64,000 bases of DNA from assembly GCA_963833575.1 (NCBI GenBank), contig CAWHXY010000006.1, forward strand, positions 288,861 to 352,860, written 5' to 3'. This document shows, piece after piece, positions 22,201 to 31,953 of this stretch. The DNA comes from Candidatus Bathyarchaeota archaeon (GTDB lineage: Archaea > Thermoproteota > Bathyarchaeia > Bathyarchaeales > Bathycorpusculaceae). Positions within the stretch are counted from its first letter, which is position 1; each line of letters opens with the position of its first letter. The notes beneath the pieces are model-generated. The model saw only the letters and a list, made by a program, of their open reading frames with translations. It searched no databases and had not been told where the DNA came from. The translations under genes and the position numbers were made by a program.

Positions 22201-22704
22201 TTACTGCCCGCTTTCTTTTGGTTCTTGGAAGAGCTTTCTAATTGCGCTGATTCTTGCTTTCTGCGCTAGCGCGTCGCTTGTAACGACTGTTAGGGCTTCT
22301 TCGGGGCACCATTTGACGCATTGTGGTCCGTCGGGTTTTTCTTTGCATAGGTCGCAGACGTAGACTACTTTGGTTTCTGGATGCAGCATTATGGCTCCGT
22401 AGTCGCAGGCTTCGATGCACCAGCCGCAGCCGTTGCATTTGTCTTTGTCTAGAACAATGTTTCCTGTGTCTTTTGACTGTGAAAGAGCGTCTCGTGGACA
22501 AGCTGCAACGCATGCTGGGTCCTCGCAGAGTCTACATGTGACTGCCATGTTGGCTAACTGGTTAACTCGAACAACACGGATGCGTGATTTGAGCGGGTTA
22601 AAGGCTTTCTCTTTTGTGTAGGAGCAAGCGTATTCGCAGGTTTGGCAACCCACACATTTTTCCGGGTCAACGGAAACAAATTTTCTTTCGTTTTCCTTAA
22701 CCAT
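22201..22704 (-). CDS. 4Fe-4S dicluster ferredoxin-like subunit of AOR
   Basis: Four Cys clusters (CVGCQTC, CRLCEDPAC, CNGCGWC, CDLC); ATG at 22704 directly after the AOR stop. Confidence 0.9.
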   Translation of the reverse strand: MVKENERKFVSVDPEKCVGCQTCEYACSYTKEKAFNPLKSRIRVVRVNQLANMAVTCRLCEDPACVAACPRDALSQSKDTGNIVLDKDKCNGCGWCIEACDYGAIMLHPETKVVYVCDLCKEKPDGPQCVKWCPEEALTVVTSDALAQKARISAIRKLFQEPKESGQ

Positions 22705-22705
22705 T

Positions 22706-24577
22706 TTAATCCTCTTTCCCTTTGACAATGTCTGATAAATCTTCTAAGCTGAGTTTTTTGAGCAAAAACTTCATTGGTACCCCATCGACTGTCCAACCAC
22801 GTGCTTGGTAGTAATCATCGAGTAACAGGTCAAGTTCTTCTTGAGTCACTACGGCACCTTTTGAGGGTCCATCATCAGGGATTGGCTTGTTCATGACTTT
22901 CCATGGCAACGTATCATCTTTGCGGCTAAAACCTTCTCGAATGTTAATTAGCCGAGCAAGATTGTTTATTCTTTCACCTGCAATGCCGAATTCTTCAGCC
23001 GTCGTCTCGATCCCAGTTACTAATGTGTAGAGTTTTGCCATGTCAGCTAGTTCCTTATAGAGAGTTCCTTTAGCATTCTTGCAGATGATAAGCGAATCAA
23101 TTAATGCGAAAACATCTTCTGAATCTTTAACGAGTTTTCCGCGTCCTTTTTCAGCTTTAAACCGATCTACTTTACCTGAAAGATCTAATGCGTAAGCGCC
23201 GCTTCGGTTGTGGTCTGCGCCTCGAAAAGAAACTGCAAAACTCAACGCTGCTGTTTTGAGGCAGCGTAAATCGTAGCCTGTAACTTCTAAGCCCTTAATA
23301 TTTTGAGCAAGCTTATCTGAGCCTTTGCCAATTTTTTCTGCGGCTGCTTTGACTCCATCAGCGAGAACATCGCCGATTCCTTCTCGTCTTCCTATCTTTT
23401 CTATGAGTTGTATCATGGCTTCTGAGTTTCCAAAGTGAGCGTCAATTCCATCAAGTTCGTCATGTGTAAGGATGCCGTTTTCATGGCAGTCCATAACGAA
23501 ACTAACTGTTACGCCCGTGCTTGTTGCGTCTAAGCCGTAGTAGTTGCAGAGTTCAGCTGCTTTTATTATGGCATCGAGTTTATCTACGCCACAGTTAGGT
23601 CCCAGTGCCCAGATATTGTCGTATTCCATCCGTGCCATGGTTCCTTTGTAGGGACCTTCGCGAACTACCGCTTCATGTTCACATCGCATTGCGCATGAGT
23701 TGCAAGCAATTATTTTTGCAACATACCTTTCGTTTAATTCTTCACCGCTTACCTTTTCAGCATTTTCAAAATAAGAGTTATTGTAATTGCGTGTGGGCAT
23801 GCATTTCAATGCGTTTTGAATCATGATGTTTTCTGAAGTTCCTAAAGTTCGGTATTTCTGGGCTGCTGGTCCTTTCATTCGCTCATGAAATTCTTTAACC
23901 ATTTCCATGAACTCATCTGGTTTAGCCACCACAATGTCATTAGTTCCTCGGACAGCGATAGCTTTCAGGTTCTTAGAGCCCATAACTGCGCCTAAACCTG
24001 TTCGTCCTGCAGCTCGAGTTTTCTCATTTATTATTCCGGCGATTTTTGATAGTTTTTCCCCGGCTAAGCCGATTGATGCTACCCGAACATAGTAGTCGCC
24101 AATTTCATCTTTGATTGCATCTTCTGTTTCGCCAGGTGATTTGCCCCAAATATTTTCTGCGTCAAGCAGTTGTGCTGAATCATCATCGATCCATAAATAA
24201 ACAGGCTTTTCCGCTTTTCCAGTTAAAATAACAGCGTCATATCCGGCTCTTTTCATTTCTGCTCCAAAAGTGCCGTGACTTACTGCTTCACCAACGCCGT
24301 TGGTTTCTGGTGATTTTGATATGAACGCATGTCCGTTTCCGCCCGTGGGAAACATTGTTGCAGAAACCGGCCCAACTGCTAAAACTAGTGGGTTTTCAGG
24401 GTTGAATGCGTCAACGCCTGCTTTTGAGTTATCTAGCCAAAGTTTCATACCTAAGCCCATTCCGCCAACATATTTTTTGGCGGTTTCCAAATCAAGCTTT
24501 TCAACATTAATTTTGCCTGTAGTTAAGTTAATGCGTAGAATTCTTCCTGCGTAACCGAACAAACCTTGTTCCTCCAA
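22706..24577 (-). CDS. aor: Tungsten aldehyde:ferredoxin oxidoreductase family protein
   Basis: GYAGRILRINL, GRTGLGAVMGSKNLKAI, CxxCxxxC, YGLD, YYQARGW. Confidence 0.93.
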   Translation of the reverse strand: MEEQGLFGYAGRILRINLTTGKINVEKLDLETAKKYVGGMGLGMKLWLDNSKAGVDAFNPENPLVLAVGPVSATMFPTGGNGHAFISKSPETNGVGEAVSHGTFGAEMKRAGYDAVILTGKAEKPVYLWIDDDSAQLLDAENIWGKSPGETEDAIKDEIGDYYVRVASIGLAGEKLSKIAGIINEKTRAAGRTGLGAVMGSKNLKAIAVRGTNDIVVAKPDEFMEMVKEFHERMKGPAAQKYRTLGTSENIMIQNALKCMPTRNYNNSYFENAEKVSGEELNERYVAKIIACNSCAMRCEHEAVVREGPYKGTMARMEYDNIWALGPNCGVDKLDAIIKAAELCNYYGLDATSTGVTVSFVMDCHENGILTHDELDGIDAHFGNSEAMIQLIEKIGRREGIGDVLADGVKAAAEKIGKGSDKLAQNIKGLEVTGYDLRCLKTAALSFAVSFRGADHNRSGAYALDLSGKVDRFKAEKGRGKLVKDSEDVFALIDSLIICKNAKGTLYKELADMAKLYTLVTGIETTAEEFGIAGERINNLARLINIREGFSRKDDTLPWKVMNKPIPDDGPSKGAVVTQEELDLLLDDYYQARGWTVDGVPMKFLLKKLSLEDLSDIVKGKED

Positions 24578-24791
24578 GCTAATTTAGAGTTATTAGGCAG
24601 TTAAAAAGTATATTAACTTAATGGGTTTTAATTTTGGAAATCATGGCTTAAATGGAGCTTACCGGTGCCTCGTCATGTACCAATTATCACATCGTTTTTT
24701 GTGTTGCCGCAGGGATAAAATTTAGTTTTTCGGTGAAAAAAGATATGAGAAGCTTTACTTTATATCAATCCTGAGAATTCGCGAGTAGGGT

Positions 24792-25085
24792 TTGAAATTG
24801 AAAATAAAGGTTCATTACATCAGCTTGGTAAAAACATTTACAAAAACAAGCCAGGACGAATTCGACCTTAAAGATGATGCCTTACTGTCAGACGTTTTGG
24901 ATAAAGTCTCTGAGAAACATGGCAAGTTATTCACTAAAGAGGTCTATGACTCGGAACAAAAACAGATGAAAGCAAACTTTGTGGCAATGGTTAACGGAGT
25001 ATTAATGGATCAATTAAAAGGTGTTAATACGCCACTGAAAGATGGTGACAGCATAATTCTGATGTCACTTGTAACAGGCGGATAG
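24792..25085 (+). CDS. MoaD/ThiS/SAMP ubiquitin-like sulfur carrier
   Basis: VNG...LKDGD and C-terminal GG. Confidence 0.88.
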   Translation: MKLKIKVHYISLVKTFTKTSQDEFDLKDDALLSDVLDKVSEKHGKLFTKEVYDSEQKQMKANFVAMVNGVLMDQLKGVNTPLKDGDSIILMSLVTGG

Positions 25086-25090
25086 AAAAG

Positions 25091-25720
25091 CTGGCTAAAA
25101 AAGAAACTCCCAAGACCGTTTACTGGCTAGAAAACAAGCTTTATCTAAACATAACTAACAAATGCTCAAGCTGCTGTTTTTTCTGCCTCAGAAATTTTAA
25201 AAGCGGAGTCGGCGGCTTCAACCTTAAACTCTCTGAGGAGCCAAGCCTTTCTCAGATTACAGGTGAACTTAGCGAAGTTTTTAACATGCGAAATTGGGTT
25301 GAAGTGGTTTTTTGCGGTTTTGGCGAACCGACCGAGAGATTGGATGTATTGTTGGAGCTTACAAGGTGGGTAAGGCAGCATTATGGCGAACCAATTACAA
25401 TTCGCGTGAACACAAATGGACATGGCTACGTTCTTAACCAGGGCAGGAATGTAGCTGCTGAATTGAAAGTAGCTGGCGTTGACAAAGTAAGCGTAAGCCT
25501 AAATGCTGCGGAAAAAGAAACTTACGCGGAGATTTGCAAGCCAACTTTCGATGGCGCTTATGAAGCTGTCACTGATTTTATGAGAAAAGCTAAGCTTGTG
25601 CTTGAAGTTGAGGCTAGTGCGGTTCGGATGCCGGAGGTAGATATAGCAAAGGTGCAGGCTGTTGCTGATGGGTTAGGGGTCAAGTTTAGAGTTAGAGAGT
25701 ACATCCCTTGCTTTTACTGA
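25091..25720 (+). CDS. TatD-associated radical SAM protein (CTG start)
   Basis: The frame of ORF 25286..25720 stays open upstream to CTG at 25091: LAKKETPKTVYWLENKLYLNITNKCSSCCFFCLR (CxxxCxxC); also VFCGFGEP and RVNTNG. Confidence 0.85.
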   Translation: MAKKETPKTVYWLENKLYLNITNKCSSCCFFCLRNFKSGVGGFNLKLSEEPSLSQITGELSEVFNMRNWVEVVFCGFGEPTERLDVLLELTRWVRQHYGEPITIRVNTNGHGYVLNQGRNVAAELKVAGVDKVSVSLNAAEKETYAEICKPTFDGAYEAVTDFMRKAKLVLEVEASAVRMPEVDIAKVQAVADGLGVKFRVREYIPCFY

Positions 25721-25768
25721 CCTGAACAACTTAATATTTGGCAATGTTTTTGTTTTATTTAGGTTACA

Positions 25769-27733
25769 ATGACTTCTGATGAGGATAAATTCTGCGTAGA
25801 AAAGCCAGAGGAAAAAGAGCCAAAAGAAAATGAAAATAAACGTGTAATGATTTTCTTCGCAGTTTTACTTGGCATAACAGTTCTGATAGGCGGGTTACTA
25901 GATTACCTATTTGCGGGAGTCACTCTTGGCTTTAACTTGCCACTCATCAATGTTCAAGCGACGTTAAGCGACTTATTGTATTATGTTTCTGTTCTTTTTG
26001 TAGCTGGCTACATTGGCATAGTAGGTCTTAAGCAACTAGTAGTTGAAAGAAGATTTTCTGTAGAGTTTTTGATGGCTGTCGCAGCGCTTGGAGCTCTCTA
26101 TCTAAATGCACGGTTTGAAGCGGTAACGGTTCTGTTTCTTTATTCCATCGCTGAGTACTTTGAAGGCTACATTGAAGATAGAGCAAGACGAACTGTTGAG
26201 AAGCTCTCGAAATTCATGCCAGACAAAGCAAGAATCACAGTCGAGGGGGTAGAAAAAATTGTTAATGTTAATAAAGTTGAGCCCAACATGTTTTTACTTG
26301 TCCGCGCAGGCGAACGGATACCTTTAGACGGCAACGTTGTCGAAGGTTTCTCACATGTTGATCAAGCCATTGTCACCGGTGAATCCGTGCCAGTCACCAA
26401 AAAAGAAAACGACTGCGTTTACGCCGGTACATTAAACATGGATGGCCCACTAAAGATAATAGTCACAAAAAAAGCAAGCGAAACTCTCGTCTCACGAATA
26501 ATGGTTCTTGTAGCACAATCAGGCAAACGAAAAGCCACCATAGAAAAACTCGTAGATCGATTCTCAAAAATTTATGTACCAATAGTTATTGCATTAGCAA
26601 TTTTAACAACAACAGTGCCAACATTGCTCTTTAGCATGCCTTTCCACACATGGCTCTATCGTTCACTCATTCTCCTCGTGGTTTCATGTCCAAGCGCCTT
26701 CATCATATCCGTACCCGCAACAGTCCTCGTCGCCATAACAATTGCTGCCAGAAGAGGCGTAATAATCAAAGGCGGAATTTTCGTAGAAAAACTAGCCAAG
26801 GTAAAAAGGGTAGTTTTTGATAAGACAGGCACATTAACGTTGGGTAGACCATCAGTTCATGAAATAAGGCTTGTAAATAGAACTGAAGATGAAGCAGTGG
26901 CTTACGCCGCAGCACTGGATCAGTTTTCAAATCACCCCGTAGCTCAAGCCGTCGTTAGACGGGCCACAGAAAGAGGCATTGACTTAAGCAAATACAAAGT
27001 TACCGATGTCGTCGAGGTTTCCGGTAAAGGCATTGTTGGCAATGTCAACGGTGAATTTGTGGCAGTTGGAAACTTGGAGTTAATGAAGGAATTTGACTGC
27101 AACTGCACAGAAGCATTTTCCATCGACCAAAAGGATACGCACACCTCGATTTGCGTTTCTGTTGCAAAAGAAGGATTAGCAGCAGTTTGCGTTGTAGATC
27201 AAGTTAGACTGGATGCGCTCAAAGCGGTAAGTGACTTAAAGAAAAACGGCATAAAAACCGCCATGTTAACTGGTGACAGAGCCTCAATTGCGAAGGAAAC
27301 TGGAGATATCTTAAAGATTGATGAGGTTTACGCGGAACTGTTTCCTGAGGACAAACTGAAATGCATAGAAGAGATGAAGGGCAAAGACGGGCTTGTCGCA
27401 ATGGTTGGGGACGGCGTTAATGACGCGCCTGCACTTGCAGCGTCAGACGTCGGAATTGCCATGGGTGCAGCGGGAGTTGACGTTGCAATGGAATCTGCAG
27501 ACATCATTTTGGTCAAAGATGAGCTGGCACAAATACCCTACCTGATAAAATTAAGCGATAAAACCATGAAAATTGCCAAACAAAACATTGCCGCATCACT
27601 GGTCATAAAACTAATTCTAGGCGCACTAGGCGTTATTGGCGTAACAGGTTTGCTCGCTACTGTGATCGCGGGAGACGATGGAGTTACGATGCTACTTTTA
27701 CTGAATTCTCTGCGGTTGGAAAGAATAAAATAA
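25769..27733 (+). CDS. Heavy-metal P1B-type ATPase (ZntA/CadA-like)
   Basis: TGES, SCPSA, DKTGTLT, HP, GDGVNDAP. Confidence 0.92.
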   Translation: MTSDEDKFCVEKPEEKEPKENENKRVMIFFAVLLGITVLIGGLLDYLFAGVTLGFNLPLINVQATLSDLLYYVSVLFVAGYIGIVGLKQLVVERRFSVEFLMAVAALGALYLNARFEAVTVLFLYSIAEYFEGYIEDRARRTVEKLSKFMPDKARITVEGVEKIVNVNKVEPNMFLLVRAGERIPLDGNVVEGFSHVDQAIVTGESVPVTKKENDCVYAGTLNMDGPLKIIVTKKASETLVSRIMVLVAQSGKRKATIEKLVDRFSKIYVPIVIALAILTTTVPTLLFSMPFHTWLYRSLILLVVSCPSAFIISVPATVLVAITIAARRGVIIKGGIFVEKLAKVKRVVFDKTGTLTLGRPSVHEIRLVNRTEDEAVAYAAALDQFSNHPVAQAVVRRATERGIDLSKYKVTDVVEVSGKGIVGNVNGEFVAVGNLELMKEFDCNCTEAFSIDQKDTHTSICVSVAKEGLAAVCVVDQVRLDALKAVSDLKKNGIKTAMLTGDRASIAKETGDILKIDEVYAELFPEDKLKCIEEMKGKDGLVAMVGDGVNDAPALAASDVGIAMGAAGVDVAMESADIILVKDELAQIPYLIKLSDKTMKIAKQNIAASLVIKLILGALGVIGVTGLLATVIAGDDGVTMLLLLNSLRLERIK

Positions 27734-27845
27734 TTTTTTAAAGTAAATTGCTTGTGTGGCTGTTTAAAGGTCTTAACGGTTTTGATTAGCCAATGAGGTA
27801 TAATGTTATGAAATATTAATTAACACTAAAATATGACTTAACTTC

Positions 27846-28343
27846 ATGCCGAAGACACCCAAGACTCAGCCAAAAAAACAGCTGAAGACAAAGGCGAAAC
27901 AAAAGTTTCAGCCTAAACCTGCCAGTATTACGTCACGGAAATCTTACTGGATAGCGTTGACGTTAACAATGGTTGTTTTCAGTATATTTAGCGGATATAC
28001 AAACAAGATGGCGGTGGGGGCAATAGGGCTTTTAATAGGCAGCGTTCTAGCGCTGATAGGCTTTGCATTCTACCTCAATTTCTATCCATCCACCTTGAAG
28101 GCCACTCAAAGAGCACTATACCTATTTGTCGGCGCATCCATCATCGGCTTCAGCATCTGGGCAGTCATTGTGCTTCTATTAAACGCGACCTCGCTTATGC
28201 CGCACATAGTAACTGATGTAGGTAACAGCTTTTTTGCTATAACAAGCCTAATAATTTGCTTGATTGTAGGAGCATTCATCGGCGACTTGATAGGCAAAAA
28301 CAAAGAAAGGCTGTTTTCGTTTACTAATAAATTCAGAAGCTAA
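27846..28343 (+). CDS. Hypothetical membrane protein (4 TM)
   Basis: Basic N-terminus followed by four hydrophobic helices. Confidence 0.65.
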   Translation: MPKTPKTQPKKQLKTKAKQKFQPKPASITSRKSYWIALTLTMVVFSIFSGYTNKMAVGAIGLLIGSVLALIGFAFYLNFYPSTLKATQRALYLFVGASIIGFSIWAVIVLLLNATSLMPHIVTDVGNSFFAITSLIICLIVGAFIGDLIGKNKERLFSFTNKFRS

Positions 28344-28461
28344 CAACCTTAATTTGGGAATACGACAATGACAAAGCCGTAATTTTTCCACTTCCCCCAG
28401 AAACTTTAAGAGCACAATCAATAAGCATCTTCAATACACATTAAGCAAGGACAGATCTGCA

Positions 28462-29340
28462 TTGAAATTTGGAATAATGACGCGTAACATGGAAGCTTGG
28501 AGCAGCACTCAAGTTCGGGAAGCCCTAACTAAACGAAGTATTCAATACGAATGTTTCACTTTTCCAAAAATCGTCGCACGACTTGCATACAAACCCTACT
28601 TCAAAGTTAACGGCACCAGCATCCTAGACGACTTAGACGCACTAATTATCCGACCAATTGGACGCGGTTCGCTTGAAGAATTGGTTTTCCGAATGGATAT
28701 GCTCTACAAGCTTGAACGTCAAGGTTTCTACATGGTGAATCCGCCAACGGCGATTGAGCATTGTGTTGACAAATATGATATTTTGGCGCTGCTTGAGGAT
28801 GTGGGTGTTCCTGTACCACGAACACTAGCCACAGAAAGCGTAAATGAAGCGCTCAAAGCGTTTTCTGAACTTGGCGGAGATGTGGTTGTTAAACCGATTT
28901 TTGGATCCAGAGGTCAAGGAGCAACACGCGTAGTTGATGCAGACATAGCTGATACAGTGTTTAAGGCCATAACTTTCCATCATGGCGTAATCTACATGCA
29001 GGAATTTGTACCTCATGGAAACTCAGACATACGCGCCTTCGTTATTGGAGATCGAGTGGTAGCATCTATGCGTCGTGTCGCGGATGGCTGGAAAACTAAC
29101 TACAGCAGAGGAGCAAGACCTGCGCCAACAGAAATCAGCAAAGAATTTGAAGAATTAGCGGTTAAAGCTGCTAAGGCTGTCGGCTGCAAAGTTGCAGGAG
29201 TAGACATTCTTGAAGGACCAAATGGACCACGCATCGTTGACGTAAATAGTCAGCCAGGCTGGAAAGGCCTGCAGGTAGTAGCCAAAGTCAACATTGCTGA
29301 AGAAATAGTGAACTTTGTGCTCTCTGAAATCAAAAAATAA
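28462..29340 (+). CDS. RimK-family ATP-grasp alpha-L-glutamate ligase (MptN-like)
   Basis: VVKPIFGSRG, YMQEFV, DIRAFVIG, WKTN, GVDI, VNSQPGW. Confidence 0.88.
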   Translation: MKFGIMTRNMEAWSSTQVREALTKRSIQYECFTFPKIVARLAYKPYFKVNGTSILDDLDALIIRPIGRGSLEELVFRMDMLYKLERQGFYMVNPPTAIEHCVDKYDILALLEDVGVPVPRTLATESVNEALKAFSELGGDVVVKPIFGSRGQGATRVVDADIADTVFKAITFHHGVIYMQEFVPHGNSDIRAFVIGDRVVASMRRVADGWKTNYSRGARPAPTEISKEFEELAVKAAKAVGCKVAGVDILEGPNGPRIVDVNSQPGWKGLQVVAKVNIAEEIVNFVLSEIKK

Positions 29341-29343
29341 ACA

Positions 29344-30342
29344 TTATTTGCCAGAAAGAATCCTATCGTAAGGGTCGTCCGAAGTCACTGGAAAAGCCCC
29401 TTTTTTACCATTTCTAATTAATAAGTGATCTTTATTTTCGCTAAATTCGCCTATGAAGCTGGGCGAGAGCCCATTTTGACTTAGTGCCTCTGTGATTTTT
29501 TCTTTATTTTGAGGGTCAATTGCTGCGATAATTGTTCCAGTTGATGATGTAGCCAGTAGTTGCTCATCAGTTAACTTAAAATGACTTTGTAAGGCCAACA
29601 ATTCTTTACATATAGGTATGTTTTCCCAATTTATCTTAAAACCAAGTTTTGAGGCTTCAGCCAATTCATTTAAGGCTGCTACAAATCCGCCTTCAGTAGC
29701 GTCGTGCATGGCGTGAACGACGCCGGTTTTCGCAAGGGCCTGTGCTTCTCGAACGCAGCTTTGCATGTAAACTTGCTTAGAAAAGTTTTCTTGTTGCTCA
29801 ACCCCAAAAATTTTTTTTGCTAATTCTTTGTTGGCTATTGAGAAATTCGTGATTGTTTCCATGCCTAGCGGTTTAGTGCATAAGATCAAGTCGCCTGGCT
29901 TAGCGTTTGTTGGCGTAATTAGTTTTTCCAGTTGAATCGCCCCGTAAATTGTGGCGACACCAAGCAAGCCCGAAATGCTGCTATACGTGCCTGTATGCCC
30001 TCGAACGATGGCTATGTCCAATTCATCTGCTGCCTTGCAAATTTGATTCATAATTTTTTGGAAGATTTCTGGTTTAGTTGATTTTGGTCCTAGCAGGTTG
30101 ATAGTGCAGAATTCAGGTTTGGCTCCTGAAAGAGCGATATCTGAGGCTGCGTAATTGATTAATAGCCATCCAAACCATGCTTCAGGAACGCCAGTACACG
30201 GGTCAGTGGCAACTACTATGTATTTGCCGTCAAAGAGGTGAACACCTGAATCGTAACCAACCATGGGTGGAACTATGACGCGTGAATCTTTCTTTACGCA
30301 ACTTAACAGAGATTTGAGTTCTTCAGGTAGCAGTTTTCCCAT
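29344..30342 (-). CDS. AIR synthase-related (PurM/HypE/ThiL superfamily) protein
   Basis: GYDSGV, TDP, DIALSGA, GHT, AKPGD, MHDATEGG. Confidence 0.85.
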   Translation of the reverse strand: MGKLLPEELKSLLSCVKKDSRVIVPPMVGYDSGVHLFDGKYIVVATDPCTGVPEAWFGWLLINYAASDIALSGAKPEFCTINLLGPKSTKPEIFQKIMNQICKAADELDIAIVRGHTGTYSSISGLLGVATIYGAIQLEKLITPTNAKPGDLILCTKPLGMETITNFSIANKELAKKIFGVEQQENFSKQVYMQSCVREAQALAKTGVVHAMHDATEGGFVAALNELAEASKLGFKINWENIPICKELLALQSHFKLTDEQLLATSSTGTIIAAIDPQNKEKITEALSQNGLSPSFIGEFSENKDHLLIRNGKKGAFPVTSDDPYDRILSGK

Positions 30343-30354
30343 GCTTATTCAACT

Positions 30355-30912
30355 TTAAAGGTAAATGTTAAGTGTCTTGCTTCTCTGCAGCAATGCAATC
30401 ACGATTGCACAAATTATGATGCTTGGCACCATATAGGTTGCGTTGTATATTGCTGAGTAAAGGACTGGGCTCATGCCGGCTGGTGCATATTGGGGAAAAT
30501 AGATGACTCCTGAAACGAAATGAGATAGGAAACGGCCTGTCCCTCCAACAACGACGCCGACAATTGAGCCAACGGCGCCAAGGCTTCTGAAGAATCCAGC
30601 AAGTCCAACGCAGGCAAATGCCAGGGGGTAATCAAGGATGAATTGAGCAGGATTAACAACGAAAGGCTCGATTGCAAGGTCAACTACGCCAAGCACGATT
30701 CCTGCAAATATACCGATTTTAGGTCCCCGCCTTAACGCAAGCCAAAAGATAGGCACCATTCCAAGGTTAATGGATCCACCTTGTGGAAGACCAAAGAAGG
30801 AGTGACTAATTAGAGCCAATGCCCCTGCCATAGCGACAAATATTATTATTTCTGCTAGTATCTTGGTTGGAAAAATATTATTGTTTTCAGTTTCTATATT
30901 AGGTTGTTTCAC
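30355..30912 (-). CDS. thiT: Energy-coupled thiamine transporter S component ThiT
   Basis: PQGGSI, LRRG, QFILDY, HFVSGVIYF, YSAIYN. True start is GTG at 30912; the ORF-track ATG at 30951 lies inside the riboswitch. Confidence 0.9.
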   Translation of the reverse strand: MKQPNIETENNNIFPTKILAEIIIFVAMAGALALISHSFFGLPQGGSINLGMVPIFWLALRRGPKIGIFAGIVLGVVDLAIEPFVVNPAQFILDYPLAFACVGLAGFFRSLGAVGSIVGVVVGGTGRFLSHFVSGVIYFPQYAPAGMSPVLYSAIYNATYMVPSIIICAIVIALLQRSKTLNIYL

Positions 30913-30915
30913 GTT

Positions 30916-31007
30916 TTTTCCCTCCGCCAGTATTACCTGGTTCAGGTTCATTGGGTCGACAGCACTTAGCTGTCCTCTCAGCCGGGTCTTTCCCAGCTCC
31001 CCGAATT
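30916..31007 (-). ncRNA. TPP (THI-box) riboswitch
   Basis: Minus strand reads TTCGGGGAGCTGGGAAAGACCCGGCTGAGAGGACAGCTAAGTGCTGTCGACCCAATGAACCTGAACCAGGTAATACTGGCGGAGGGAAA. It contains the TPP hallmarks GGGG..GCUGAGA..ACCC..GAACCUGA..GGUAAUAC..GCGGAGGGAA and lies directly upstream of thiT. Confidence 0.93.
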
Positions 31008-31260
31008 ACCTTAATAAAATACAACGTGGAAGTTGTTTTATTTTAGGGTTGCGAAAGACTTGCACTTAGCAAGGTTCGTTAGTTAGGTTTGTAGAAGTTA
31101 AAATTTTTTGTTAAGAGAAGAAGAAACTCAAAGGAAGCAATCTTCCTACGCCTGCCAAGCTGTGCCCACATAAACCAAATGGTCAGAGCTTAATGAGGAT
31201 TAAATTTTGATCTTTCTCTCTCTAAAAAGTCTAATTAAACCGACTATTTTTGCTCCTATA

Positions 31261-31340
31261 CTCCTGTACCCTCTCAACACATCCACAACAACAAACACAA
31301 CAACACGACACCAACCATTCCATACGACACAACACATTGC
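31261..31340 (+). repeat. C/A-rich low-complexity tract
   Basis: caacacatccacaacaacaaacacaacaacacgacaccaacc...cgacacaacaca. Confidence 0.5.
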
Positions 31341-31436
31341 TAAAAAGTCTTAAGTCTGGAATGCACGAATTAGCCTAATGACAGCCATAAGAGCATACAG
31401 GTCTAACGTTGATAGAACTGAAAAGGAGAAATCAAA

Positions 31437-31706
31437 TTGAAACTATTTGATAAAGAGAAAAAACCTGAGCCAAAACCAACTGTCAAAGTTGATTCTGAAC
31501 ATGCCTTTTGTCCTAATTGTCATACTCAATTTGAATCGGTAGGTCACATCAAAGATTATCAACCTTTGATGTATGTAGCAGAAGCAGAATACTACATACT
31601 TCAATGTCCTAATTGTAAAACTGTACGATTCTGTGGAGAACTTGATGGTGTAATGAAATACGGAATAGTCAGAAAACTTGAGATTATCCAATCAGATAAC
31701 CCTTAA
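31437..31706 (+). CDS. Small zinc-finger protein
   Basis: CPNCH...CPNCK; GGAG SD upstream of the TTG start. Confidence 0.65.
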   Translation: MKLFDKEKKPEPKPTVKVDSEHAFCPNCHTQFESVGHIKDYQPLMYVAEAEYYILQCPNCKTVRFCGELDGVMKYGIVRKLEIIQSDNP

Positions 31707-31953
31707 AAAGAGCGAAAAAGGGTTGAAGCTGTAAGTTAAAAGTGGCTTTTTACCGAAAGCCTCGAATAGGTGCAAATTCTTAAAACTGCATGGATACAAC
31801 TTAAGGCTTTAAAGAGGGCAATTTATCATAAGTAGTAATTGTTTATACCTGCAGAAAGGTCTCTTAAACAGCCCTCTCGACAGAATACCTTGACTTTCGA
31901 CCTCTACATTCTGGAGCGGTCTTAGCACAAAGGATTACGTAAAAGGTGGAAAA

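Noticed and set aside
22201-25085. AOR, ferredoxin and MoaD cluster as a novel system
   Set aside because: A common arrangement in anaerobic archaea.
30913-30951. ORF-track N-terminal extension of ThiT (MNLNQVILAEGKN)
   Set aside because: It is the TPP aptamer sequence; the GTG at 30912 has a proper SD.
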